The position numbers and the translations under genes were made by a program. Positions 63,909-64,000 of a DNA stretch of 64,000 nucleotides are shown in pieces. The notes beneath the pieces were generated by a model that was given only the letters and a program-made list of their open reading frames with translations, was not told the DNA's origin and did not search any database. This DNA is from Microcoleaceae cyanobacterium (GTDB taxonomy: Bacteria; Cyanobacteriota; Cyanobacteriia; Cyanobacteriales; Microcoleaceae), in contig JBOFUV010000074.1 in the NCBI GenBank assembly GCA_051652765.1, forward strand, positions 1 through 64,000, in the 5' to 3' direction. The first letter of the stretch is position 1, and the number at the start of each line of letters is the position of its first letter.

Positions 63909-64000
63909 ATGCAAACCACAACTCACTGCTTCCGAGAAAAATTTGAAGAGAATGGATACGTTATTGCCAAAAATTTCTTTTCTCCGCAAGAAATGGAAAT
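63909..64000 (+). CDS. N-terminus of a probable phytanoyl-CoA dioxygenase (PhyH) family protein, running off the window
   Basis: MQTTTHCFREKFEENGYVIAKNFFSPQEME matches the F.ENGY..I..F.S..E start typical of PhyH-like 2OG-Fe(II) oxygenases. Confidence 0.55.
   Translation, partial: MQTTTHCFREKFEENGYVIAKNFFSPQEME

Overview
Cyanobacterial chromosome segment, judged from abundant HIP1 octamers GCGATCGC, rpmI-rplT-ycf37, pilMNO and Uma2, DUF928 and CHASE2 genes. Most of it is housekeeping: ppc, a PpsA-like protein, dipeptide epimerase, gmd, a TRAP transporter, argF, dusB, miaA, gyrB, phoD, ribF, mgsA-DAGK, argC, a tandem queD, and the start of a glycosylation cluster at the right end. The main accessory region, about 32.6-39.9 kb, is a decaying chromosomal integron. 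It has a frameshifted and truncated intI (+), a probable attI next to four direct repeats spaced exactly 41 bp apart, and five attC sites or remnants of two sequence families on the - strand. The cassettes are an inverted two-gene cassette, two short non-coding cassettes, two PIN toxin-antitoxin pairs, gene remnants, and an intact, translationally coupled two-gene module. That module encodes a PD-(D/E)XK HsdR-N-like nuclease fused to a ParA ATPase, plus a ParB-like/HhH-like/Rho-N protein, and is the best candidate for an undescribed, possibly anti-phage or anti-plasmid, system. All calls come from reading motifs by eye; no database searches were run.
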